The position numbers and the translations under genes were made by a program. From positions 127,100,001-127,164,000 of the forward strand of contig NC_091471.1 of assembly GCF_036971445.1 (NCBI RefSeq): a stretch of 64,000 nt of DNA. The letters run 5' to 3'. Within the stretch, counting starts at the first letter, position 1; each line of letters begins with the position of its first letter. This document shows, piece by piece, positions 24,001-36,604 of the stretch. The DNA is from Narcine bancroftii (taxonomy: Eukaryota). The notes under the pieces were generated by a model that did not search any database, had not been told where the DNA came from, and worked only from the letters and a program-made list of their open reading frames with translations.

Positions 24001-26790
24001 TTTTTGATAAGCTCCTCGAAAAACTCTATAAGATTCGTTAAACATGACCTACCATGCACAAAGCCATACTGACTATCCTTAATCATCACTTGGCTGTCCA
24101 AATACTTGTATAACCGATCTCTCAGAATGCCCTCCAATAATTTACCTACTACTGACATCAAGCTCATTGGCCTGTAATTTCGTGGTTTACTTTTGAAGTC
24201 TTTTTTAAACAACGGAACATCATGAGCTACCCTCCAATCCTTCGGCACCATACCTAAGGATATTTTAGATATTTCTGCCAGAGACTCTGCAATTTCCACA
24301 GTGCAATGTTCTAGGGAATAACATGTCAGGCTCAGGGAATTTATTCCCCATAAAACAACAATCACCTCCTTCTCTTTAAACTCCATATTCCCTATGCCAC
24401 CACTGCTTATTTCCCTTCCTTCCTTATACACTATGCCAGATTCCTGAGTAAATACTGATGTATAAAAAAATGTTTAAGGTCCCTCCCCTTTCATGAGGCT
24501 TCACACATAGTTGACCACTCTGATCCTCTAAAGGACCAATTTTGTCCCTTACTATTCTTTTACTCTTAACATACTTGTAGAAACTCTTCGGGTTTACCTT
24601 CACATTATTTGCCAAAGCAACCTCATGTCATCTTTTTGCCTTCCTGATTTCCTCCTTAAGTATTTTCTTACACTTTCTATACTCTTCTAGTGCCTCATTT
24701 GCTCCTTTTTGCCTATACCTGCTATACACCTCTCTCTTCTTCTTAACCAGATCACCAATATCCCTTGAAAAATAAGATTCCCTCTGCCTGTCAACTTTAC
24801 CTTTAAACCTGACAGGAACATGCAAAATTTGCACCCTCAATATTTCACCCTTGAAGACCTTCCACTTACTGGACACATCCTTGCCAGAAAACAACATATC
24901 CCAATTCACTCCAAGATCCTTTCTCATTTCCACAAAATGGCCTTTCTCCAATTTAGAATCTCAACTCGAGGACCAGACCTATTCTTATCCATATTTAACT
25001 TGCAACAAATGATATTATGGTCATTGGACCCATATGTTCACCTATACATATTTCTGTCACCTGATCTATCTGGCAATCTCCAGCCATCCAGCCTTTTTAC
25101 AGTGCCAGTCAATATGTGGAAAGTTAAATCTCCTATTATCACAACTTTCTGTTTCTTACATTGGCCTGCTATCGCTCTACAGATTTGCTCCTCCAATTCT
25201 CTCTAACTATTGGTTGATCTATAATACCACTGTGGTCACACCTTTCCCATTTCTCAGCTCCACTCATATGGCCTCTGTAGACGAGCCCTCTGGGCTCTCC
25301 TGTCTAAGCACAGCTGTGATATTGTCCATGACTATCAATACCACTCCTCCCCCTTTCATCGCTCCCCCTCTATCACATCTGAAACAATGGAACCCCGAAC
25401 ATTGAGCTGTCAGTCCTGCCCCTCCTGCAATCAAGTGTCACTAATAGCAATAATGTCATAATTCCACGTACCAATCCACACCCTAAACATCTGCCTTTCC
25501 GACAGTACTCCTTGCATTGAAATAAATGCACCTGAGAACATTTCTATCACATACAAATCTTTGATTTTTGTCTATACATGCAGTCCTCATGTGACTTTTA
25601 TCCTCCCCCACCTCACTATCTGCTCTAACACTCTAGTTCCCATCCCCCTGCCAATCTAGTTTAAACCCCCCCCTGAAGCAGCACTAGCAAACTTACCTGT
25701 AAAGATGTTAGTCCCCCTCCAGTTCAAGTCCAAACTGTCCCATCAGAACAGATCCCACCTTCCCTGAAACAAACTACTATCGTCCAGAAACATGAAGCCC
25801 ACCCTCCAGCACTATCTTATTAGCCACATATTTAGCTGCATTAACTTCCTATTTCTAGCCTCATTAGCATGAGGCACAGGTAGCACCCCTGAGATCGCAA
25901 TCCTGGAGGTCCTATCCTTCAACTTTGAAACTAACTCCCCAAATTCTCTTTGTAGGACCTCCTCACTCTTCCTACCCACATCATTGGCCTCTACATGGAC
26001 CACAACATCTGGCTGCTCACCCTCCCTCCTTACAATACTGAAAACTTGATCCAAGATATAGCGGAACCTGGCAACAGGGAGGCAACACACTGTTTGGGAT
26101 TCTTGATCTCTCCCACGGAACCTCTCATCCAACTATCAAATCCCCTATCACTATGGCTCTATTTTTCTCCTTCCTTCCCTTCTGAGCTGAGAGTCCAGTC
26201 TCAGTGCCAGAAATATGACCAATCTAACATGCCCTTGGTAGATCATCCCCAGCAACAGTATCCAAAATGGGTATACTAGATGGGAATGGCCACAGGAGTT
26301 CCCTGCTTTCTCTGTCTATTCCTCTTCTCTCTCTAATGACAGTCACCCAGCTACCTGCCTCTTGACATTTGGGGGTGACTGTCTCCCCAAAACTCCTCTC
26401 TATCACTACCTCTACCTCCCCAATTATCCAGAGTTCATCCATCTCCCTAACTCGGTTTATCAGGAGCTACAGCTGGCTGCACCTTTTGCAGGTGTAGTCA
26501 TCAAGGACAATCATGCTGTAACAGATTTCACACATCCAGAGCAATCCACTGCCCTAGCTGACTCCATTACCTATTCCTCATTTAATTAAAGGATTAAACT
26601 ATCTCACCTGGCCTTAACTCATTGCAAACAAGCAAACTCTTCCTCAGCCTCTGTTCCCTGAAACCTCTCAAGCCAAAACCTCAAAGTTCCATTCCTACAC
26701 TGGGCCATTCACTGGCCACTCCTCCTTAGCTATATCTTTTTATTTGTCCCTACCAATTGTCTCCAAGTACTCACTCCCACTGTGTTTAAC
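21047..26790 (-). mobile_element. Near full-length CR1 LINE (ORF1 esterase-like, ORF2 EN/RT), degraded, with nested RTE
   Basis: Tail at 21047. ORF2 fragments include KFADD, NYRPMSL.SVVGK and NPKSFYKYVKSK. ORF1 SGNH-like segment VVVHVEANDVGR at 25812-26132. Confidence 0.88.
21267..23102 (-). mobile_element. RTE LINE (about 1.8 kb, 5'-truncated) nested in CR1
   Basis: ORF 21720-22643 has FVDLTKAFDTV, GVKQGCVLAPTLF and LFADD. TSD AAGTTCCCC at 21258-21266 and 23103-23111. Confidence 0.93.
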
Positions 26791-26811
26791 CCTTCAGTTT
26801 CCCTACTTGCT

Positions 26812-27665
26812 CTTTTTTCTTTTTAAAATATTTTTAATGAATTTAATAGAAAAAACCCTTTATGCATGTTCTTCTAATTAATAACAGAAATCAAATCATA
26901 TCATATACATATCACTGAAAAAATGTAAATCAGAAATATAACCATAATTATTTTCTTAACTTATCCCATTCAAAACATCGAATTCTATGATTATATTGAG
27001 TTAACAGTTAATCTATTCCTCATAATATAGCCAAAATTAATGATGAATAGAAAATAAATAAGATACAATTAAAATTCCCTTATGTATAAAAAATGGATTT
27101 ATACTTCTCAGGTATTTTTGTCTTATTCTGTGATATGATATGATCAATATTAATGATCCACACTTAAAGCTATCTTTACCTAGTTTATCTCTACTAATAA
27201 AAAAATGAAAGAGAACACTCCTCATAATAATCCAATCCTTCCCTCTAAATAAGGTTAACTTGTATAAATTATATAGATATGAATTGAATAACGACTTTCA
27301 GAGACTAGACAGAGAGTTTCTGGAGAATCCAAACATCTTAAATCAACAATCTGTGATAATAATCCATGAATGGGCCCCACATCTTATCAATTTCAAACTT
27401 TACATCTTTGATGTTATATCAGATTTTTTTTTCTAAATTTAGGTAAGACACGATATCATGTAACCATTGAATGAGTAGGTGAAGAGTTATCTTTCCATTT
27501 CATCAGAATTGCTCTTCTAGCTATCAGTGAGATAAAAAGACAAGATTCTCTTTTGGGTTAAGTCAAGGAAAAAAAACAAATAAGGGCATCATTCTAATTT
27601 GATCTTAAGATTCACTGATAAAGTTTGGAAAATATTTTTCCAAAACTTTTCTAAATTAGGGCACT
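26812..27665 (-). mobile_element. L1-clade LINE 3' fragment, old
   Basis: Poly-T tail on the + strand and minus-strand LEKFWKNIFQTLS-like C-terminal motif. Confidence 0.55.
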
Positions 27666-27941
27666 GCAAAGGTTAAAACCTTGTGTTTTTTTAAACTCAG
27701 TTAATTTTGTGCTCGCTTATTTAAGAGACTATTGTTTGTAGTGTTACCATAGTGACTATGATGTAATATGTCATAATGTCCACCCAGACTAACAACTTGC
27801 TCATTATTCGACAACATATGAAGTGTGAGCACGAGAAATTTTTCTTTGAATTTTTGTTTTTTTAAATTTATGTTTCTCTTTAAAATTTTAGCGTATTTAT
27901 ATACATTTATATCTCTATAATTATGCAGTAAAATGTCATTA

Positions 27942-28995
27942 TGTTATGAGCCCAAAGGACCCCAAAACCCAGCAGCAATAGACATTCACAAGACAAGTTG
28001 TTTTTAAAACAAAAGTTATTTTTAATCAACTTTAAACTTGAAAACAGAATCAAACTTAAACTTATCTCTCTACTTAAGTAACCCAAATTAACTCCCTTCG
28101 AAGCGCACATGTATGTAATGTGTGTGTAAATTTAAGAAAAGTTCTTTGGCTCACTTCTCCTTCTTCCAAGTTTTCTGGATGCAGGCATTTCTTTTACTGT
28201 GCACAGAATTTAACATGTATAAAGTTCACTAGGCTTTGGTGCTCAAAAGGTCAATGTTTACCTCTCAAAAAGGTTCTTGTAGGGTTTGTAGAGAGAGATT
28301 TGTTGTTCCAGGATTTCCGCAACTGAGGTACCACCATTAGTCACCTCAATGTCTTGCTGATGAAACTTGCCCCATCAGGGTTTTCCAGATGGTAACCTCT
28401 TTCTTTCAGGCTACCACAGAGTTCCATTCTGTTCCTTTTATTCCAAGAGAAACATCAGGCAGATAGCACTTCCAGCCATCCATTGCTTTGGAAATTTGTT
28501 TCCAACCAGCTCTTCCTGTCTTGCACTGTTCAGCCATAATGGTTCAGTCTCTTTTCAATGTCACACACACTAGCTGAGAGGGCTTGTTTTTTCTCCCCTT
28601 CTCTCTCTCTCTCTCTCTCTTTTCAACTGAACTGCTAGAAAGTCCATGTGACTCTTTCACTTGCAAAAACCACCACCTTCTTCAGCAAACAACAGGAGTT
28701 CTTCTCCTTGGTCAAGATGTTGTCTTAGATAAACAAAACCCAGGAGTGACCTTTCTGTGTACTCTGTCAAAACCTTGAAAGAGCTTCCAACAGCTAGAGT
28801 GTCTCCAATCCATTCATTTTATGACAGCAGTTCAATTAGCACCTACTTGTGAAATGTGCATCACATTCTCCAGATATCCTGCAATGTTATTGAATATGAA
28901 TTCTTCAGTCTTTCAAATAAGATCTGTTTTAAAATGTGTGTATGTATGTAACCCACTAATCTTACCAAAATCCCAAATATTTATAATCCATGACA
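27942..28995. mobile_element. Probable solo LTR (about 1.05 kb)
   Basis: TGTTATG...CATGACA termini, flanks ATTA/GTTA (imperfect 4-bp TSD), and an internal (CT)n. Confidence 0.55.
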
Positions 28996-29586
28996 GTTAT
29001 GAAAGTATTAATCTGAAGTTATGCAAAATATTTATCTGTTTTATCAATCACAGCCACAGAGTTTGATTTATTGGATTAAAGAAATTGAAATGCGGAATAT
29101 TGTAGCTCATACTTTTGGAAGATGATACTTTGAAATTAGGATATATTACACTTATCACATAGTGGATCAATATCAGAATAAAAACAAGATAATTTAACTT
29201 TAGCCATGTATATTCTATGCACCATCTTAAATTGTAACAATGTCATGCACAAAATGAGGACTCATTTATCAAATTAAGAGTGATGTCCCAGTCCTCATTT
29301 GAAAATGATATATTGAAATCATGATCCCAATCATTCTTAATCCCAGTGACTGAAGCTGTTTACATGTCCATTAAGTTATTATAAATAAATGATATTGATT
29401 CACCATGGGAAAATTGCAAATCAAAATGTAAATTAAGAATATTTATTTCTGGAATTCAAGGACAATTAGAAAAATTTGAACTGAGCAAAATGCCGAATTT
29501 GCAAATATCTGAAAATATGTATATGAGGAAGTTTAAATTTTACTGCCAATTGTTCAAAAAAGCAAAATTATCTGAAATAAACATAC

Positions 29587-29623
29587 CTTTAAAACATTCT
29601 GTACCACTCCTTGAAATCTGTGT
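29587..29623 (-). CDS. Probable internal micro-exon (37 nt) of the - strand gene
   Basis: Acceptor ttttcaaccttctttgttAG and donor AAG|GTATGT. Open as TQISRSGTECFK or HRFQGVVQNVLK. Confidence 0.45.
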
Positions 29624-30099
29624 CTAACAAAGAAGGTTGAAAAGATGATTAGATAGGATAGGGCTGGCAAAGGAAAAACAAAATATTTCCTAAATTGTGG
29701 CCACATTCTCAACCGAAGCCTCATTATCAGATTATCTGACAATTTAGAAAAGGAAAAGGGTAAAAACAAACCTAAAGTTGCCAACATAGATGAGTTTTTT
29801 AGAAAAATTCAATTCCATTTCTACTCAAGAAGCACAGTCGACTAATTTGTCAAACTATAACAAGAAGAGTAAATTGCGTATATTGACCACCCAGTAATAA
29901 AATCTAAAATAAGGGAATGATCATTCTCTATTCCTTTTAGTCTTTTGGAAATGAGCCTTAGTTATAAAAGGTTGTTTTCCTTGCTATATATATGAAGAAA
30001 TAAACTAATCCAATTAATTAAAAAAGGATTTAGGAATGAAAATGGGTAAAGATTGAAAAAGATACAAAAATTTAGATAAAATGATAATTTTAATTGAAT

Positions 30100-30427
30100 T
30101 GGTATGCCCAAGTTCCAACTACTAACTGTTATTAAACTGCCTCCCTTCCACTCACCTCTCTGCCAAGACTTTTACTCTTCCTGTGATATAAAAGGCTCTT
30201 CTACATCATCCAATTATGTATTATTATGTTTAAGATATTTTAGAATATTTGTAAGTGTTTTACATGCATTGAAATGTAGAATATATACTATCTATGCAAT
30301 ATACCAAGATAAACATTTGACTAACTGACACTAAATAAAAACCGTTTGTGCTTGTTCTGATGAATAGAAATTCAGGTTAAAGACAGACCTCGGTTGCTGA
30401 ACACTTTTTGAACCTGGGGACTGCCTG
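30100..30427. mobile_element. Tigger/pogo-like transposon right end
   Basis: Ends CTGGGGACTGCCTG|TA, the reverse complement of the TIR type at 18949. Confidence 0.5.
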
Positions 30428-30798
30428 TATTGTTAAAATAAAAGAACCTAACTTTCTTTATTACTTAAAAGAAACATCACAGTTGTCCATCCAGGCCGTC
30501 AAGCCTACTCCCACTTTCGGTGAGATTGCAGCTGGTCTGGCCTTGGACCCAGCCTTTGTCGAATAATTCCCCTAGGATCTAAAAATCTATCTAACTGTAT
30601 CTTAAATATATTTAACGAGGCAGCTTCTGCTCATTCCTTGGGCAGAGATTTCCACAGAAAATCAGTCAGCATTTTGAAAGTATTTTGTATGTATATGTGT
30701 ACTTTTTGATTATTGAAACTAATACAAATTAGCAGTTAAAAAAATACATACATCTACATACATGTATTTTTAATTTTTTTAATTTATTTAAAAAAAAT

Positions 30799-31016
30799 TT
30801 AGACATATACAGCATGGTAACAGGTTCTTTTGGTCACGAGCCCATGCCACCAGTATGCTTTAAAGGGTGGGAGGGAACTGGAGCCCCCAGGTAAAACCCA
30901 TGCAGACACGGGGAGAAGGTACAAACTCATTGCAGACAGCCTGGGATTCAAATCCCAGTCCTGATTGCTGGCGCTGTTACAGCATTGTGCTAAAAGCAAA
31001 GCTAAACGTGCTGCCC
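30799..31016 (-). mobile_element. tRNA-derived SINE
   Basis: Reverse complement of the SINE family. Confidence 0.75.
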
Positions 31017-31164
31017 TCAAAATTATTTCTTAATATTCAAGCAAAAGTTTTGTAACAAAATATGCATGCAAGAGTAAAAATATAGATGTAATATTTTGTA
31101 ATGTGGCTCTCAAACATCTGAAGTTTATCATGTGTGGCTCTTACGCAAGTTTGGCCACCCCTGA

Positions 31165-31570
31165 ATCAGAGGTCAATCCACAGGACCATAAAAGCAGCAG
31201 AGAGGATTACTGTGGTCTCCGTCCTCTCCCCCATCGATGTGATTTACCCATATCTTTGTTTAAGGAAGGCTAGTAAACTCAGTGAGGACCCTTACCACCC
31301 AGCATAGAGCATTTTCCAGCTATGCCTGACAAGGAAGAAAAACAGAAATACCAGGCTGAGGAACAGCTTCTTCCCATGGGCAAGGAGTCTGCTAGAACTG
31401 CTAGAATAACTCGAGGAGGGTCCACTATTTATTAACAATATTTTAAATACATGTACACATGCACTGAATTTATATGTACATGTGTTTGCACTGTTTTTCA
31501 CTGTGGACTGAAGAACATTCTTTCATTGGGTTTTACTGGTACAATCGGATGATAAATAAACTTTAACTTG
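31165..31570 (+). mobile_element. Rex1-type LINE 3' end
   Basis: Similar to 12380-12720 (DPYHP..SIF...RL.NSFFP). Confidence 0.55.
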
Positions 31571-32959
31571 AAGTATATGTAATAATCTGACTCCCTCAGT
31601 AAATATTCCTCCATGCAGGAAATAAGATCTGTGCTACAAGAAAAGATTCCTGTGATGAGGCTGTCACAATTAAAGCCAGTTAGTTTTTTTATATATCATC
31701 CGTGCCCAATTGCCACTGAAAACATGGCTTGTGCAAATGTAGTTACTCCTGGATGTAGATCCAACAATCATTAAGGAGCTGTGAATGCATTTCCAAGTGT
31801 CATTGGAAGAGAATGTGCTGACAATAATTTTTCCATCAACTCCTGCACTTGTCATTCTTGGTGGTAGATTTGGGGAGGTCCTGCAGCAGTACGATTATGA
31901 AGATATGTTGTTCATTTTGTGTAGCACACACCACAGTGAGAGACAAGCTGGCAGTGGAGAAAGACAATTTTGGTCCAGGATCAATGAAGTGGAATGCTTT
32001 GACCTGAGGGGGTTTTGAGATGAGAGTCATGCAGACTATGGACTGTAGCAGGTTAACTACTCCCCAGGTGGCATACTCAATGTCATAGTATTTGTGTGGC
32101 TGTTTCAACTGAGTTCCTGTTCTTTATGACTCTCATATTTGTGATGGGAAACTAAGAGGTGGCAATCCTATTGAATGTTATAAGGGGATGGTTTGTTATT
32201 TCCTAGCATGTATGTGATGCAAAAATATCTATCTCTCTCAAAGTTGGGATCAAACTCAAGTCCCCAAAGCTGTTGAGACAGCAACACCAACTGCTGCCCC
32301 ACACTTTTAAAGTACTAACTACAAATAGGAGGGCAAATCTCTAAGAGGTATCTTGGCCATGGAGAAAGGCAAGTCCTAACCAGCTGCAGGCTCCTTTTTT
32401 CACTTTTGGCCTGAAAACACGGGGACTAGAAAATATTGAAATGCTGGAGGTACTCAGTACATCCATAGAGGGTAAAGATATATTACTGACATTTCAGGCC
32501 TGAGCTCTTCTCGTCTGAGACATCTTTGCCTCCTTTGGAGGCTGAGAAACCTATTGAATTCATCCTGCATTTATGTTTTTTTTTAAACCACAACCACAAC
32601 ATCTGCAAACTTTTGTGTTTTGCTCTAGAAAAATATTCCATATTTTAAGGCAACCTTGGCTCAACTATACATCAGTGCTGCACTTCTCAGTGGTCTGCAC
32701 TCTTATTTGCAGACGGTGCATTAAAAATGTGGGGCAGCAATTGGTGTTGCAGTCCCCACAGCTTTGGGGACTCGAGTTTGATCTCAAATTTGGGTGTGCT
32801 TGTTGTGGAGTTTATATTTTCAATAATATACTGATAAGTAAAATAGCTACCTTGCATTACCTGATATGTAGATAGGTGGCAAAAATAAGCAGAGAATTTG
32901 ATAGGCATGTGAGGAAGAATCAATTGCAGAGCTACAGATAAAAGTGAAAAGGGAATGGG

Positions 32960-33420
32960 ATGATGAAAGGCTCCAGAGGAAAATGATCCCTGGAAAGAGA
33001 GGGTTAACATACAAGGTGTGTTGATTGCTCTGTCCCTGGACTCACTGGAGTTCAGAAGGATGTGGAGGAATCCCATTGAAACATTCTGAATTTTGAAAGG
33101 GCTGGATAGAGTGGAAATGTTTCCAGCAGCAGAAGAGTCCAGGACAAGAGGGCACAGCCTCAGAATAAAAGGACATCCCTTTAAACCAGAGATGAGGATA
33201 AGTTTCTTCATTCAGAGGGTTTTGAATCTATGGAATCCATTGCCACATATGACTGTGGAAGCCAAGGTAGTGGGTATTTTTAAAGCAGAGGTGATGGGTA
33301 CTTCATTAGTAAGGGTGTCAAAAGTTATGCGAAGAAGATTGTAAAATTTATATATCAGTCATGATTTGAATGGCAGAGCAGACTTGATTGTCTAAATTCT
33401 GTGTGGACACCTTATGGTCT
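32960..33420 (+). mobile_element. CR1 LINE 3' fragment
   Basis: KGLDRV..ESRTRGHSLRIKG..FFIQRVLNLWN motif. Confidence 0.8.
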
Positions 33421-33627
33421 TAATTGACTCTACTGGGATCTGGCATAGATTCAATAGGTTGAATTGCCTTCATCTGTGCCAAGGATAGCAAGGTATTGGA
33501 GAATTCGGATGAATACTTTTGCCTGCTGAATGAAAAATATAATTTTATGAATATATTTATTGTTCGCAGGGCAATTTTACTATAATTTTATAGTGCATGT
33601 ACTGACTGATATAACCAGTGAGTTTAG

Positions 33628-33905
33628 TGTTACTGCAGTGGGTTGTGTGTGAGTGCAGCGAGAAGAACTGAGGCAACAGGCTGTGAGCTGTTAAGCACAA
33701 CTAATTTACTTTGAAGTTTGCGCCACAGGCCCTCTGGAGCCCACCCCTTGCTTACGAGAATTTGTCACACTGACGTAAATGCGTGCACCTACTTTCTGTC
33801 TGTACCAGAAGAGAAGGACCCACAACACCAGCTTTGCTATGGCTGCTCTGCTGGCTGCGCATAACAAGTAGGGCCGATTCACCGCTGCAAACGTGCACCG
33901 TCACA
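33628..33905 (-). mobile_element. Probable solo LTR
   Basis: TGTTAC...GTCACA termini, flanks TTAG/TTAC, and a GC-richer island within AT-rich DNA. Confidence 0.5.
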
Positions 33906-34554
33906 TTACTTTATATATATGGACAAGATGCATTCACAGAATAAATAAGACTTTCACTTCATTCAATTATTCTTTGCCAACAGCAAGATAAGACAGCAGT
34001 AGTTTCCAAATTCAATCATTGATCCAACTGACATTGATTTCTTCAAACTGAGCTTATTTGTAAACTTTACTCTGACCTAATCTCCTCAATCAGATCTAGT
34101 TTAATGTGACTTTATCTCACATGTTTGGCACAAGCTCAGGGCAATTTGCAACACAGAGTCTTTATCAATAGAACTTAGATTTTTATCTCAATTCTTAAGA
34201 TAAGTACACATCATATTTGGTAGTTTATAATGGTCACCATTGTTAAATCTATGTTGATTTAGTCTTTATACATTTGTTTAATGCATATTATTTCTCATTA
34301 TCGTTTTTGTAAAGATTTCATTATAAACTACCAAATGTTCCAAGTAAATGACAAAGTATACATTTGTTTAATGTATATTATTTCTCATTATTGTTTTTGT
34401 ACTTTATCGTTTACTTGGAACATTGTCAAAACTCCTAAAAGTACCATATAATTTACCATTTTAAATGAGCAGTGATATTAAAAGGCCTGTGCTTCACACA
34501 ATATGCCAAGATTGGTCTTCAACTTCACAAATTATTGATACACTTGCTACATAC

Positions 34555-34621
34555 TTTTCCCACAGGTACTTCACTGACTTCTAAAATGCTTGTTCTAGCT
34601 GAAAGACCACTGTCAAAAGAC
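34555..34621 (-). CDS. Probable internal exon of the - strand gene
   Basis: Donor AAA|GTATGT and a T-rich tract upstream. Open as SFDSGLSARTSILEVSEVPVGK if the AG at 34622-34623 is used. The upstream AG (34641-34642) gives stops in all three frames. Confidence 0.4.
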
Positions 34622-35515
34622 CTGGGTTTACATCAAATAACTGGTGTAAAATTACAAAAATAAAAAAAAGACCTGTTATCCAAAGTTAGGGGAAATGGAA
34701 CTTTGATAATACAAATTGATTGGATGCAAGGAGTAATTTTTAGCTTGTAGCATATAGTCTTTAAACATACCAATTACTGGCCCAGATTTTATGGAAAGCA
34801 AAACGATCGCTATGCCTTTTTTTAATGGAGGAGTTTAGACAGCTACTTTTAATGTCTGCAGGTAAGATAGCATTCAATAAACTGCTTTCCAATTTGGTTT
34901 GCTCCTCCACAGGTTTTACCAAAGCTGTAACCCATCAAACATCTGAAAAATGAGATATTCTTGCACTTCAGAAACAATAGAGGCAAGAGGCCACTCACAC
35001 CACTATTTTACCTCATTTCTACTTTACAGTACATTCTATATCCCTTGATTGCTTTAATAGCCAAAAATTTATGGATCTGTCTTGAATCTATTCAATGACA
35101 CCATCCAAGTCCTTTTGGATATAACATTTCAAAGTTTCTCTGCATACAAGTCAACATATATTGTTCGACTCAGATTTGTCAGTTCTACCAAGTTCTTAAT
35201 GGTGTCTGTCATGCTTGATGTCTTGCATCAAACCAATACTGTATGTACCAATATGGTACATTTTCTTTAAATAATATTCCTCCACATTCAAAAATACTAA
35301 GAATTTCCAAGTGTACAAACTTGTTTAATGTGAAGTTGACATAAGGCTCCTGCTTGCTTCATTCTCTGAGTCATGACTCCTATCACAAGGGACTGTCTGA
35401 AATTTACCTTAAAAGTGTTGCGTAAATGGTTATAAAAGCAGTGCCATTCATTTGCTACTGCCAATCTTGTATGTATCAAATAAGTTCAATGACAACCGAT
35501 ACAAAAACAGCATGC

Positions 35516-35812
35516 TGTGGCGACTCACCACTAGGCAGGCGAACTGGCCCCGCTTGTAAGCCACACGGCAGGGCAGCCGGCCAAAATGGTGCCCTCGGGG
35601 GTGTTCCCTTCCTCCCAGTACGGGGCTCAGAAGCCCGCGCTGGGGGACCACGTGACGCCCGGGTGACGTCAGCGTCCTCCAGGCAGTTCTCAGCCAGGTC
35701 CAGGCTGGGAGTATAAGTACAGCCCAGCAGCCTGCAATAAACTAGTCTGCTCACTGAGCTCAACCCGTCTGGTTGTGTGTGTTCCTTCAGGAGCAGAGTA
35801 GCTGCCGCTACA
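35516..35812 (+). repeat. 5' LTR
   Basis: TGTGG...GCTACA, containing TATAAG and AATAAA. Homologous to 39561-39850. Confidence 0.95.
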
Positions 35813-35814
35813 AT

Positions 35815-35826
35815 TGGTGACCCCGA
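35815..35826 (+). promoter_or_regulatory. Primer binding site, tRNA-Trp
   Basis: TGGTGACCCCGA is complementary to the tRNA-Trp 3' end (UCGGGGUCACCA) and lies 2 nt after the LTR. Confidence 0.9.
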
Positions 35827-35852
35827 TTGGTTCAAACGTCTTTGAACCCATC

Positions 35853-36574
35853 ATGAGCGAGCCTAGGATCAGCGCTATAGCTGTGAAACTGCCTGAATTC
35901 TGGGTTCAGGAGCCGGAGACCTGGTTTGGCCACGCAGAGGCTCAGTTTCACCTCCACCAGATTTCGTCCGACATGACCAAATTCTACCATGTGGTTGCTG
36001 ACCTGGACCAGGCCACCGCCAGACACGTGCTGCACCTTGTTCAGCACCCACCCGCTGAAGACAAATACGAGACCATCAAGCGAGTGCTTACCAGATCCCT
36101 CGGACTATCCAGACACCAGCGAGCTGCTCAGATGCTGCACCTCGATGCCCTAGGGGACAGGTCCCCTATGGAGCTGATGGACGAGATGCTCACGCTCATG
36201 GGTGAGAACTCCAACTGCCCACTCTTCAAGCGCATTTTCCTCGACCATGTGCCTGGGGACATCTGGCCGCTGCTGGTCCAGGAAAGCTTCACCGACCCGA
36301 GGAAGGTCACCCAGAAGGCCCAAGAGCTATGGCTTGCATGATTCCTGGAGGGCTCAGTGGTCCAGCAGGTAATGAGGCACGGCATGACCATGCCAAGCCT
36401 GCCCCTAGCACTGCGGTAGAGCATCTGGCCCCTTCAGGGACTACCAAGAGTATAACCAAGGCCACAGCATCCGCTCCAGGCCTCTGCTTCTACCACCAAT
36501 GCTGGGGAGCCAAGGCTCGGGAGTGTCATCAGCCCGGCTCGTTCCAGGGAAACGATCAGGCCAGCCGCTGTTAA
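35853..36574 (+). pseudogene. gag: gag (one premature stop and a frameshift)
   Basis: MSEPRISAIAVKLPEFW..WFGHAEAQF. TGA at 36339. CHCC-type knuckle CFYH-x9-CHQP(G) near 36485. Confidence 0.88.
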
Positions 36575-36604
36575 TGGCTGTGGCGGCTGGCCAAGGACAC
36601 TGCC
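36547..36604 (+). promoter_or_regulatory. -1 programmed ribosomal frameshift signal (G GGA AAC plus stem/pseudoknot)
   Basis: The heptamer is in gag frame. A 5-nt spacer precedes a perfect 10-bp stem (36559-36568 with 36583-36592). pol is in the -1 frame. Confidence 0.8.

Noticed and set aside
18949-30427. One giant Tigger element bounded by matching TIRs at 18949 and 30427
   Set aside because: The flanks do not rejoin (the Rex1 on the left does not continue on the right), TA is uninformative as a TSD, and an exon candidate lies between. Two separate remnants are more likely.
34555-34640. SYCE3-like peptide (NPxL…LExAF) in the alternative exon frame
   Set aside because: Only a few matching residues, an in-frame stop, and neighbouring exons do not extend the match.
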